Shown one piece after another: positions 1 through 6,672 of a DNA stretch of 10,103 nucleotides. This stretch comes from a bacterium (GTDB taxonomy: Bacteria > Zhuqueibacterota > Zhuqueibacteria > Oceanimicrobiales > Oceanimicrobiaceae). The notes beneath the pieces were generated by a model. That model was given only the letters and a program-made list of their open reading frames with translations, was not told where the DNA came from and did not search any database. Position numbers and translations under genes: made by a program. The first letter of the stretch is position 1. Each line of letters opens with the position of its first letter. Location of the stretch: the NCBI GenBank assembly GCA_046757525.1, contig JBHHYI010000154.1, forward strand, positions 1-10,103, written 5' to 3'.

Positions 1-28
1 CTAACAATGTCAATACATAGAAAAATTC

Positions 29-57
29 TTGCTATTAACTTTATGGGGTATTATATT
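29..57 (+). promoter_or_regulatory. Candidate sigma70 promoter for intI (PintI)
   Basis: TTGCTA (29-34), 17 bp, TATATT (52-57). A second candidate is TTCTAT (58-63), 17 bp, perfect TATAAT (81-86). The AT-rich context raises the chance of random matches. Confidence 0.4.
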
Positions 58-62
58 TTCTA

Positions 63-85
63 TATACGAAGCTCTATTAGTATAA
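63..85. other. Candidate degenerate attI-like tyrosine-recombinase simple site
   Basis: TATACgAA-gctcta-TTaGTATA: imperfect 8-bp inverted arms around a 6-bp spacer, 85-110 bp upstream of intI. The minus strand reads CTAA-TAGAG-CTT, lacking the canonical G of GTT. Confidence 0.3.
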
Positions 86-170
86 TAGCTGGAAAAAACT
101 GTTCGGCTTTTCTATCTATTGCCCAGCGGCATTTGATAGTAAAGAAATAAAGTAAACCTATCATAGACTC

Positions 171-1172
171 ATGGAGAACCAGCCTAAATTCAGACCCGAT
201 CCGGATGCTAAGCTGATGCACCAGGTCAGGGAAGTGTTGCGCTATCATCATTACTCCTATCGAACCGAACAAACATACTGCAGTTGGATCCTACGCTTTG
301 TCAAATTCCACGGTGCAAAGACGCATCCCCGCAAAATGGGGAAACGTGAAATTGAAGCGTTTCTCAGCCACCTGGCAACCGAGGGCAAAGTTGCTGCCTC
401 AACACAAAGACAAGCGCTCAATGCCCTGATATTCTTGTACCAGGAGGTTCTCGATATTGCCTTGAGCGAAGATATTGCCCCAATCAAAGCTAAGCGTCGC
501 CGGCACTTGCCCGTGGTTCTAACCCAAAGGGAAGTGCAAGCGGTTTTAGTGCAGATGAGCGGAACACACTCACTCATGGCTCGCATTCTATATGGCGGCG
601 GCTTACGCTTAATGGAGTGCATCCGCCTGCGCGTCAAGGACCTGGACTTTGACAGAAGTAAAATCTTCGTACGCGCCGGCAAAGGCGGTAAAGATCGGGT
701 CACTTTCCTGCCAAAATCTCTGCACGACGAGCTACGCATCCACCTTGCCAGAGTCAAACATCTGCACGACTTAGACCTTGCTGAGGGTTTTGGCGAGGTC
801 TACCTGCCGGGCGCCTTGTCCCGCAAATACGCCCATGCAGCCAGGGAATTCGCCTGGCAATATCTGTTTCCGGCCAAAAAGCGCAGCCAGGATCCTCGCT
901 CCACTGCAATCCGACGGCACCACGTGCAGGAGTCGGGTCTGCAAAAGGCTGTAAAAACAGCAGTGCGGCGTGCGGGCATCCATAAGCCCGTGGGTTGTCA
1001 TACGTTCCGACATAGTTTTGCAACTCATCTTCTGGAAAACGGCGTCAATATCCGAATTGTGCAGGAATTGATGGGGCACGCAGATGTTAAAACGACAGAA
1101 ATCTACACCCACGTGATGAAAAAAGACCTGGATGCCGTACATAGCCCTCTGGACCTCCTGACTAAGCTATAA
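171..1172 (+). CDS. intI: Integron integrase (IntI family tyrosine recombinase), 333 aa
   Basis: N-terminal [10 protein letters not shown] and [13 protein letters not shown] motifs. Catalytic motifs [25 protein letters not shown] and [15 protein letters not shown]. Contains the integron-specific insertion ([11 protein letters not shown]...WQYLFPA...DPRS...RRHH) that XerC/D lack. Confidence 0.97.
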   Translation: MENQPKFRPDPDAKLMHQVREVLRYHHYSYRTEQTYCSWILRFVKFHGAKTHPRKMGKREIEAFLSHLATEGKVAASTQRQALNALIFLYQEVLDIALSEDIAPIKAKRRRHLPVVLTQREVQAVLVQMSGTHSLMARILYGGGLRLMECIRLRVKDLDFDRSKIFVRAGKGGKDRVTFLPKSLHDELRIHLARVKHLHDLDLAEGFGEVYLPGALSRKYAHAAREFAWQYLFPAKKRSQDPRSTAIRRHHVQESGLQKAVKTAVRRAGIHKPVGCHTFRHSFATHLLENGVNIRIVQELMGHADVKTTEIYTHVMKKDLDAVHSPLDLLTKL

Positions 1173-1493
1173 GGTAAACTTGCTGGGTTTGTTCTCTTTG
1201 TTGCAACGGCTTTGGCGCGCGCTCAACGCAAGCGTTTCCGGGGCCATAGGTGACCAGTGTTCATGACAATTCCTGATTTGCGAGTCGAGCCGCGTGATGT
1301 GGCCTGAGATTGATTTTCTTCTTGTTCGCATGGCCTTTTGACAATGCTCGTTGTTCGTTACGGAAGGAAGTTGTAAGTGGAAAGCTGCGTTGGGTACCGG
1401 TTCTGTGAAGAAACGCCTGCAATGTCAGTCCGGGTTCGTCGTCGTGACCACAGAGCTTCCTCCTGATTCAATTTGTACGGGAGACTTTTTAAC

Positions 1494-1522
1494 AATATGT
1501 AAAATTGTTGCGAATATGTCAA
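1494..1522 (-). promoter_or_regulatory. Candidate sigma70 promoter pointing leftward, convergent with intI
   Basis: Minus strand TTGACA (1522-1517), 17 bp, CATATT (1499-1494). An AACAAT-N7-ATTGTT inverted repeat (1491-1509) overlaps it. AGGAGG SD at 1464-1459 and GTG at 1451 follow. Confidence 0.45.
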
Positions 1523-1598
1523 GAAAAAAATGTCACGAGGGAAATTTTTTTGGGGCGCTTGTGAGGTCACGATCGTTGCAGCATCGTATCGGAGGGGC

Positions 1599-1620
1599 AA
1601 GCCGTGGCTCGGCTTTTTAT
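1599..1620 (+). terminator. Rho-independent terminator-like hairpin
   Basis: AAGCCG-tggct-CGGCTT followed by TTTAT. Outer GGAGG (1591-1595) / CCTCC (1625-1629) pairing is also possible. Confidence 0.45.
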
Positions 1621-1670
1621 GTCGCCTCCTGAAATCCTCCTAATTTTTTCGCTGGACGCTTCAAAAACCG

Positions 1671-1824
1671 TGGGGCTGTCTAAAAAGTCGAAAAAAGCTA
1701 CAATTTGTCATTCCTTCGAATCAGTCGGGCGCCTGACCGAAGCAGGAATCCAGAAAAATCAACACGTTATAGATTCCCGCTTTCGCGGGAATGACAGAAA
1801 AATGGCCCTTTTTGGACAGCCCCA
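1671..1824. mobile_element. MITE-like element, 154 bp, with 17-bp terminal inverted repeats
   Basis: TGGGGCTGTCTAAAAAG (1671-1687) and CTTTTTGGACAGCCCCA (1808-1824) are 16/17 complementary. There is no transposase and no clear target-site duplication. Confidence 0.65.
1706..1796. repeat. REP/dRS3-like palindromic element (GTCATTCC...GGAATGAC family), copy 1
   Basis: TGTCATTCC (1706-1714) / GGAATGACA (1788-1796) are perfect outer inverted repeats. The right unit ATTCCC-gctttcgc-GGGAAT (1773-1792) fits the ATTCCC-N8-GGGAAT pattern. Confidence 0.85.
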
Positions 1825-1959
1825 TTTTTGTAAGCACCGTCTCATCAAATAGTTGTGCCAAGACACCAAACACACGTTTGTTGAACTGGCGTGCAAGAAA
1901 CAGAGCAACAATTTTTTTGTTGGGGCACCTTTTGGCAAAGGTCACCTCGTGGTGGGCTT

Positions 1960-3318
1960 CTAATTCACCTTCAGATTATGTGGCGGTGCTGGCGGAGTGG
2001 CATCGGCGAGTCCTGGCATGGGGATTAGACTGTTCAAATATTCCTCCACGTTGGTGTAGCCGTCCCCGTCTTGATCCTGATGGCCGTCGCCGGCATCGTT
2101 AGGGTCCAGGTTGTGGTCGGTTTCCCAGGCATCCGGCATGCCGTCGCCGTCGCTGTCTACTGGTGGGGTGCCGGAAGCGAAGGTCGGCCAGCCGCCCACC
2201 TCGTCCTGCGAGCCGATGATTTTGCCGGTGCCCTCTCGCACGCTCTGAACGATCCTGGCATCCACCGTGTCGCGCACCGGCGCCAGGGCGCCCACGTTGT
2301 CCAGCACCAGGTCAAAGGCTTCGACGGCCGCTTGTTCGGTGATGCCAGATGGGGAGGTGGCCGGACTCAGCGTTTGGTACTGTTGATCGCCGTCGACCGC
2401 GTTCCATTCGTCGCCGGAGTCCGTGAGTCTTCCCGGCCCCACATTGCCTTTGACGTAAATCTCTGTATTGGACTCATTCCGCAATCTGATGCCTTTCTTG
2501 TCGGCAGCGGTGTTCGGGCCGGGCTTGTAATAGTTCTTGATCACGTTGACGAAGGTGTCGCCGCTGATGTCGGTTCCTGCATTTTTCCAATTGTAGACCA
2601 CGTTGTTGACCACTTCGGTAATCGTATCGTTATTGATGCGCGGATGGCGTTCATTGTGATGGGCCATCAGATTGTGGTGCACCGAAATATGCTTGCCGTG
2701 GTCTCCGATTAAGATGCCGTAGCTTTGGTTGGGAAAGCCGGCCCCCTGGTCGGTGAGGATATTTTCCGCGATCAAGCACCATTGGATGGTGATGTTGTCG
2801 CTGGTGGACCAGGTGGCGATATTTTCGTCCAGCCCCCAGGTCACCGAACAGTGGTCGATGATGATGTTGTCGCTGTTTTCTACGGTGAAGCCGTCCCGGT
2901 TCTTAGGATCAGGACCCGGTAGGTCGCCAACCCGCACGCGCAGGCCTCTAATGACGACATCGTTGGCAGCGATCCTGATGGAAGCGCCCCGAATCATGAT
3001 CCCGTCGCCGGGGGCGGTCTGCCCGGCAATGGTGATGAAAGGCTCGTCGATTCTAATGTCCTTGTCCAGAGTAATGGTGCCGCCGACGTCGAACACGACG
3101 ATGCGCGGGAAGGCGCGCGTGCAGGCGTACCGGAGGCTCCCTGCTCCGCTTGAATTGAGGTTGGTAACCCGGATAATGGTGCCGCCGCGTCCGCCGGGCG
3201 TCTTAGCGCCAAAGCCCTCGGCCCCTGGAAAGGCCAGCGTCTGGGCATCCGCGGGCGAGCTTGCAGAGGCAACCAACCATTGAGCAACAACGATGAGCAC
3301 AGCAAATTTCTGCTTCAT
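1960..3318 (-). CDS. Secreted pectate lyase-like protein (polysaccharide lyase family 1 beta-helix) with C-terminal Ca-binding DxDxDG repeats, 452 aa
   Basis: Signal peptide MKQKFAVLIVVAQWLVASASSPADA. AFPGAEGFG...GGRGG...VTNL...GSLR N-terminus, IAGQTAPGDGI, NIIIDHCS (vWiDH-like), ERHPR (RxPR), and DSDGDGMPDAWE / DQDGDGYTNVEEYLN. AGGAG SD at 3329-3325. Confidence 0.9.
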   Translation of the reverse strand: MKQKFAVLIVVAQWLVASASSPADAQTLAFPGAEGFGAKTPGGRGGTIIRVTNLNSSGAGSLRYACTRAFPRIVVFDVGGTITLDKDIRIDEPFITIAGQTAPGDGIMIRGASIRIAANDVVIRGLRVRVGDLPGPDPKNRDGFTVENSDNIIIDHCSVTWGLDENIATWSTSDNITIQWCLIAENILTDQGAGFPNQSYGILIGDHGKHISVHHNLMAHHNERHPRINNDTITEVVNNVVYNWKNAGTDISGDTFVNVIKNYYKPGPNTAADKKGIRLRNESNTEIYVKGNVGPGRLTDSGDEWNAVDGDQQYQTLSPATSPSGITEQAAVEAFDLVLDNVGALAPVRDTVDARIVQSVREGTGKIIGSQDEVGGWPTFASGTPPVDSDGDGMPDAWETDHNLDPNDAGDGHQDQDGDGYTNVEEYLNSLIPMPGLADATPPAPPHNLKVN

Positions 3319-3602
3319 TCTGAACTCCTCGAGTGTGTGGAACTCAAGACAACTTTTTCCCTGTTTTCAGTAGATCGGAATTGAAAATCTCGTGGTAACG
3401 CCTCAGGCTTGTATTCAAAAATCATTCCACGGTCATCGTGCAACGGCCGGCGTCTGCATGGCATGCCCGACCGCCGCTACGCAGTCAAAAGATTTCAATA
3501 CCGTAATACAAGTTCGTAATACGTTATTTGGAACGCCTTTAAAATCAAAGCCTTAATGGACATGGGTACGGTTATCCAGTTTACTCAGCAAAATACTCCA
3601 TT

Positions 3603-3705
3603 TTGTCATTTCGAATCAGGCGAATGCCTGATGAGAAATCTGGCCAAGGCTAATAACTAACAATTTTGTGGGAAACCAGATTCCTCCCTTCGGTCGGAAT
3701 GACAA
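3603..3705. repeat. REP-like palindromic element (GTCATTTCGA...TCGGAATGAC family), copy 2
   Basis: TTGTCATTTCGA (3603-3614) and TCGGAATGACAA (3694-3705) are 11/12 complementary. Internal hairpin TCAGGC-gaat-GCCTGA. Inner GAGAAATCT...AGATTCCTC pairing. Confidence 0.8.
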
Positions 3706-3812
3706 CAAAACGTGATGTTGAGCAAAATGGCTAACCATAAACAATGGGACAAAGGAGGATTTCCACAAGCTGCAGGGTGGTAAAGGTAGGTTCTGACCGA
3801 GGATTCTCGAGT

Positions 3813-4046
3813 TCACTCGACGATTGTGACCCTTTTGGCTGCAATGTTTTGCATCACAGTTGCGAGCACTTTATCGACTTCCTCGGAAGTTTCTGATTCA
3901 ACCATAATCAGATAGTCTTTACCCTGGTTGGTTGTAATGACATCATGCTCGCGGTTCACCAGGGTCAATGCCTCGATCAAGCCATTGAGTTTCATGATTT
4001 CGAAGTAATCGACTTGATGGATTCGAAGTTTTAAGCTTGAACTCAT
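3813..4046 (-). CDS. Small hypothetical protein, 77 aa
   Basis: ATG-initiated ORF filling an intergenic gap, with a natural globular composition and an alternating beta/alpha pattern. An upstream promoter match lies at 4121-4093. The SD is weak (GAGA). Confidence 0.65.
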   Translation of the reverse strand: MSSSLKLRIHQVDYFEIMKLNGLIEALTLVNREHDVITTNQGKDYLIMVESETSEEVDKVLATVMQNIAAKRVTIVE

Positions 4047-4092
4047 GGGGTCGTTCTCACTTAAAATTTAAGGAATGCCCACCCTTTCCTTT

Positions 4093-4121
4093 AACATAGA
4101 GAAAGATGGGCACAATCGCAA
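4093..4121 (-). promoter_or_regulatory. Candidate sigma70 promoter for the 77-aa gene, overlapped by an imperfect inverted repeat
   Basis: Minus strand TTGCGA (4121-4116), 17 bp, TATGTT (4098-4093). Inverted repeat TGCCCAccCTTTC (4076-4088) / GAAAGaTGGGCA (4101-4112). Confidence 0.5.
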
Positions 4122-4137
4122 GAAATATTAAAAGAAT

Positions 4138-4983
4138 TTAACATTTGTAGCGCGAGCCGCTATTTCTCAACAAAGCAATAACTGCGTTGTTCCAGCCTAC
4201 CGGGCCAACTCCTGGCGCCAGGGTCGGTTTGATCTGATCGAGCACGCCCTGGTCATAAACCCGGTTCGGTTTTTGTACGAGAATGGGTTCATCCACGGCC
4301 TGTAACAAGGGTAGATCGTTGAGACTGTCGCCCAAACCAACGGTTCGCACCGGCCCACAATCTTTTTCAAACAGCGCGTGCAATATCTTGACAGCCCTGC
4401 CTTTATCGTTATTGCCCATGAGGTGAAAAAAGCGTCCCCCCGTGGTCAGGTGCAAACCCAGTTCGGAGACGATGGCTGACAGCTCCTGAACGACTGTGCT
4501 GGCGGCCCTGCCCTCGACAAAGAAAGGCTCATCATATTGCCTCTGTAAAGCTAATTCTGCTTCCTCTAATGAGAGACCGGTAAGTTGTTTGAGGTCTTGC
4601 GGGGTTAAGTCGCCAAAACCGACGATTGGCAAGTTGATCGTCCGCTTAATTTGCTCGAGGGCTTTTCTCAAATCGCGATAGGGAGTACCCATCTCAACCA
4701 TGAGGTATGGACTCTTTCTTTTCTGAAAAGGAAATTCCGTGTTGAAGTAATCTTCAGGAATGAAAATAGCGGCACCGTTTTCTGCGACGTAAGGATGGCG
4801 ATTGTCCAGGCTGACGCGCAGTTGCTTGATTTCTGCACTGGTTTTGGAAGAATTCAGAATCAGGGGGATGTTGCGGCTTTTCAGTTGACGCAGCGCTGGC
4901 AGGGCCGCGGCAAAGCGGTAATGTTCGTAGTCCAGCAAGGTCTCGTCGAGGTCGGTAAAGATGACCATTTGCGGCGGCTTCAT
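4138..4983 (-). CDS. mpgP: Mannosyl/glucosyl-3-phosphoglycerate phosphatase (HAD subfamily IIB), 281 aa
   Basis: HAD motif I TDLDETLL, SSKT (motif II), AENGA, RQYDEPF, GGRFFHL, DKG (motif III) and GLGDSLNDLPLL (motif IV). Overlaps the synthase by ATGA (4980-4983), indicating translational coupling. Confidence 0.9.
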   Translation of the reverse strand: MKPPQMVIFTDLDETLLDYEHYRFAAALPALRQLKSRNIPLILNSSKTSAEIKQLRVSLDNRHPYVAENGAAIFIPEDYFNTEFPFQKRKSPYLMVEMGTPYRDLRKALEQIKRTINLPIVGFGDLTPQDLKQLTGLSLEEAELALQRQYDEPFFVEGRAASTVVQELSAIVSELGLHLTTGGRFFHLMGNNDKGRAVKILHALFEKDCGPVRTVGLGDSLNDLPLLQAVDEPILVQKPNRVYDQGVLDQIKPTLAPGVGPVGWNNAVIALLRNSGSRYKC

Positions 4984-6188
4984 TGGTTGTCCAGGTCGAC
5001 GGCTTCTTTCAGGCGTTCGAGAAAGTCGGGGATTGCCGAGGTGACGCGGGTCCAGGTAGGAATGAAGGTGACGCTCAGCGGGTTGTCCAGAAAAATCTCG
5101 GTAGCGGTTTGGATGCCTGTGCTAAAAGCCTCCACCGCCTGAGCTTCTTCATGCCGATCGAAACTGAGACCATTGATGGCGGCATCGTCTTCATAGCGAG
5201 TAATCGACTCTTGCGCCGTTCGCAGATAGGTGACTTGCAACGTGCGCAGAAGTCCTCCGGAAAGCGTTACACCTTCGGCTGCCAAATGTCTGAAGATGGC
5301 TTTGGTGATGTCGATGCACATCTTTAGAAGGCCTTGTTCGGGATCACCTGGCGATAATGGTTGGTGCTTGTGTTCATATACCTCACAGAGCTCGGTTTGG
5401 CAAATGCGGTTCACCGAGCAATTGCGGTACACTTCCGACAGGATGCCCACCTCTAATCCCCAATCGCCTGGGATGCGCGTCACGCGGGCCAGGTCCCGCA
5501 CCAGGCAGAATTCTCCTGCCAGCGGGTAGCGGAAGCTGTCCATGTAGTTCAAGTACGGCAGAGGTCCCAAAATCTTGATCAGCGCCCGGATGAGTGGTGT
5601 GATGAGCAGGCGGGTTACGCGACCATGCATTCTGTTGGTCACTCTGGCATAATACCCCTTGTTGAACTCGTAGCTCAGATTGGGACTGGTGACCGGGTAA
5701 CACAAGCGGGCCAGCAGTTCGCGATTATAGGTGAGGATGTCACAATCGTGCAGCGCAATGACATCGCTGTTTCTTTCTGCAAGCACATAGCCAAAAGCCA
5801 ACCAGGCGGACCGGCCTTTCCCATCCTTTCCGGGAGGTAACTTGTTGCGCTCCAGAAGCGTGATGAGTTCTTGTACTCTTGGCCCGGTGGCCCAGAGAAC
5901 GGACAAGTTGTCGTGCAGGCCAGTAAAGAATTCGCGGGCCTGCTTGAATTGCTCGGCATTGGTGCGTCCCATCGTTACCACCACCTGGCTCAAATAGTTC
6001 ACCTTCTTGAGCTCTTGTACGATCAGTTTTATGGCTTTTCCTTTTAACTCGTCATAAGTCGAAGGCAAGATCAAAGTGACGGGACGATATTTGCCAAATC
6101 GTTGCAGCTCTTTTTCGATTCGGTCGAGATCGACGGGGCTGAAGCGATGAAAGGTCGACAGGGCACCGCTCTGGTAAAAATCTGCCAT
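4980..6188 (-). CDS. gpgS: Glucosyl-3-phosphoglycerate synthase-type glycosyltransferase (GT-A fold), 402 aa
   Basis: MADFYQ N-terminus, GKGRSAW, DxD motif HDCDI, KGYYAR, GRVTRL, FRYPLAGEF, DWGLEVG and YEHKHQ. AGGAG SD at 6199-6195. Paired with the cognate phosphatase. Sugar specificity is inferred. Confidence 0.85.
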   Translation of the reverse strand: MADFYQSGALSTFHRFSPVDLDRIEKELQRFGKYRPVTLILPSTYDELKGKAIKLIVQELKKVNYLSQVVVTMGRTNAEQFKQAREFFTGLHDNLSVLWATGPRVQELITLLERNKLPPGKDGKGRSAWLAFGYVLAERNSDVIALHDCDILTYNRELLARLCYPVTSPNLSYEFNKGYYARVTNRMHGRVTRLLITPLIRALIKILGPLPYLNYMDSFRYPLAGEFCLVRDLARVTRIPGDWGLEVGILSEVYRNCSVNRICQTELCEVYEHKHQPLSPGDPEQGLLKMCIDITKAIFRHLAAEGVTLSGGLLRTLQVTYLRTAQESITRYEDDAAINGLSFDRHEEAQAVEAFSTGIQTATEIFLDNPLSVTFIPTWTRVTSAIPDFLERLKEAVDLDNQ

Positions 6189-6238
6189 CTTGTTCTCCTA
6201 ACGAATTTAATGCTCAGTACCTCCCTGTGCATAAATAA

Positions 6239-6267
6239 TATATACTAAATATTGTGTACAATGTCAA
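6239..6267 (-). promoter_or_regulatory. Candidate sigma70 promoter of gpgS-mpgP
   Basis: Minus strand TTGACA (6267-6262), 17 bp, TATATA (6244-6239), about 50 bp upstream of the gpgS start. Confidence 0.6.
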
Positions 6268-6362
6268 GGAAATGCGGGGTGCGGAGGTCTCCTCCCCTTC
6301 CCAGCCTTCTGTCACGGTAGCCATCCAGCAAAAGGAAAGGAATGCATTAATTCATTAAAATC

Positions 6363-6391
6363 TTGACTTTTCGACTCAAATTGATTACAAT
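6363..6391 (+). promoter_or_regulatory. Candidate sigma70 promoter toward the kinase gene
   Basis: TTGACT (6363-6368), 17 bp, TACAAT (6386-6391), with an AT-rich stretch upstream. Confidence 0.65.
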
Positions 6392-6672
6392 GCTAAATTA
6401 AGGTAATAAGCATGAGTTCGTGGTTGTGCTTTGATTTTGTTTTTTTGACAGACATTGCGATTTTCGTGGCGCAAATTTGTCTGGTGTCACATCGATACTT
6501 TTCTTTCATCCGAATCTGATTCACTTCTGAACTTGAATCCGGCCATATATTAGCATTGTCTCGCTAATAAGATAGAGACGCCCTTGGCTAAGGTAAGAAT
6601 TTCACGGGCAAACCACAGCCTTGCTTGATTTGCGAAATATTAGGAACCAGTTTTGTATCTTTTTGACGTGTC

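Noticed and set aside
63..75. TATACGAAGCTCT resembles one loxP arm (11/13)
   Set aside because: There is no matching second arm at 8-bp spacing, so this is a chance match in AT-rich DNA.
91..114. LexA/SOS box upstream of intI
   Set aside because: CTGT at 99-102 has no ACAG partner, and GTTC lacks a GAAC half-site. Neither common consensus is met.
60..1142. ORFs 60..272, 257..757, 754..1023 and 771..1142 (-)
   Set aside because: These are antisense shadows of intI with no recognisable motifs.
1221..1395. attC site from GCTCAAC (1221) to GTTGGGT (1389)
   Set aside because: At 175 bp it is too long, the ends are imperfectly complementary, and no internal L-box stem is visible.
1351..2102. ORFs 1351..1632, 1358..1600, 1604..1852, 1721..1945 and 1791..2102
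   Set aside because: They run through promoter, terminator and palindromic repeat DNA. Peptides such as VIPAKAGI and DSRFRGND are translations of the repeat.
2071..3816. ORFs overlapping the pectate lyase, and 3616..3816
   Set aside because: These are shadow frames of a GC-rich gene. The last one reads through the second repeat.
4496..5959. Alternative-frame ORFs within mpgP and gpgS
   Set aside because: They fully overlap well-supported genes and carry no motifs.
6603..6645. c-di-GMP-I riboswitch suggested by GGGCAAACC
   Set aside because: The GNRA-capped stem and the following GACGCAAAGC segment are absent.
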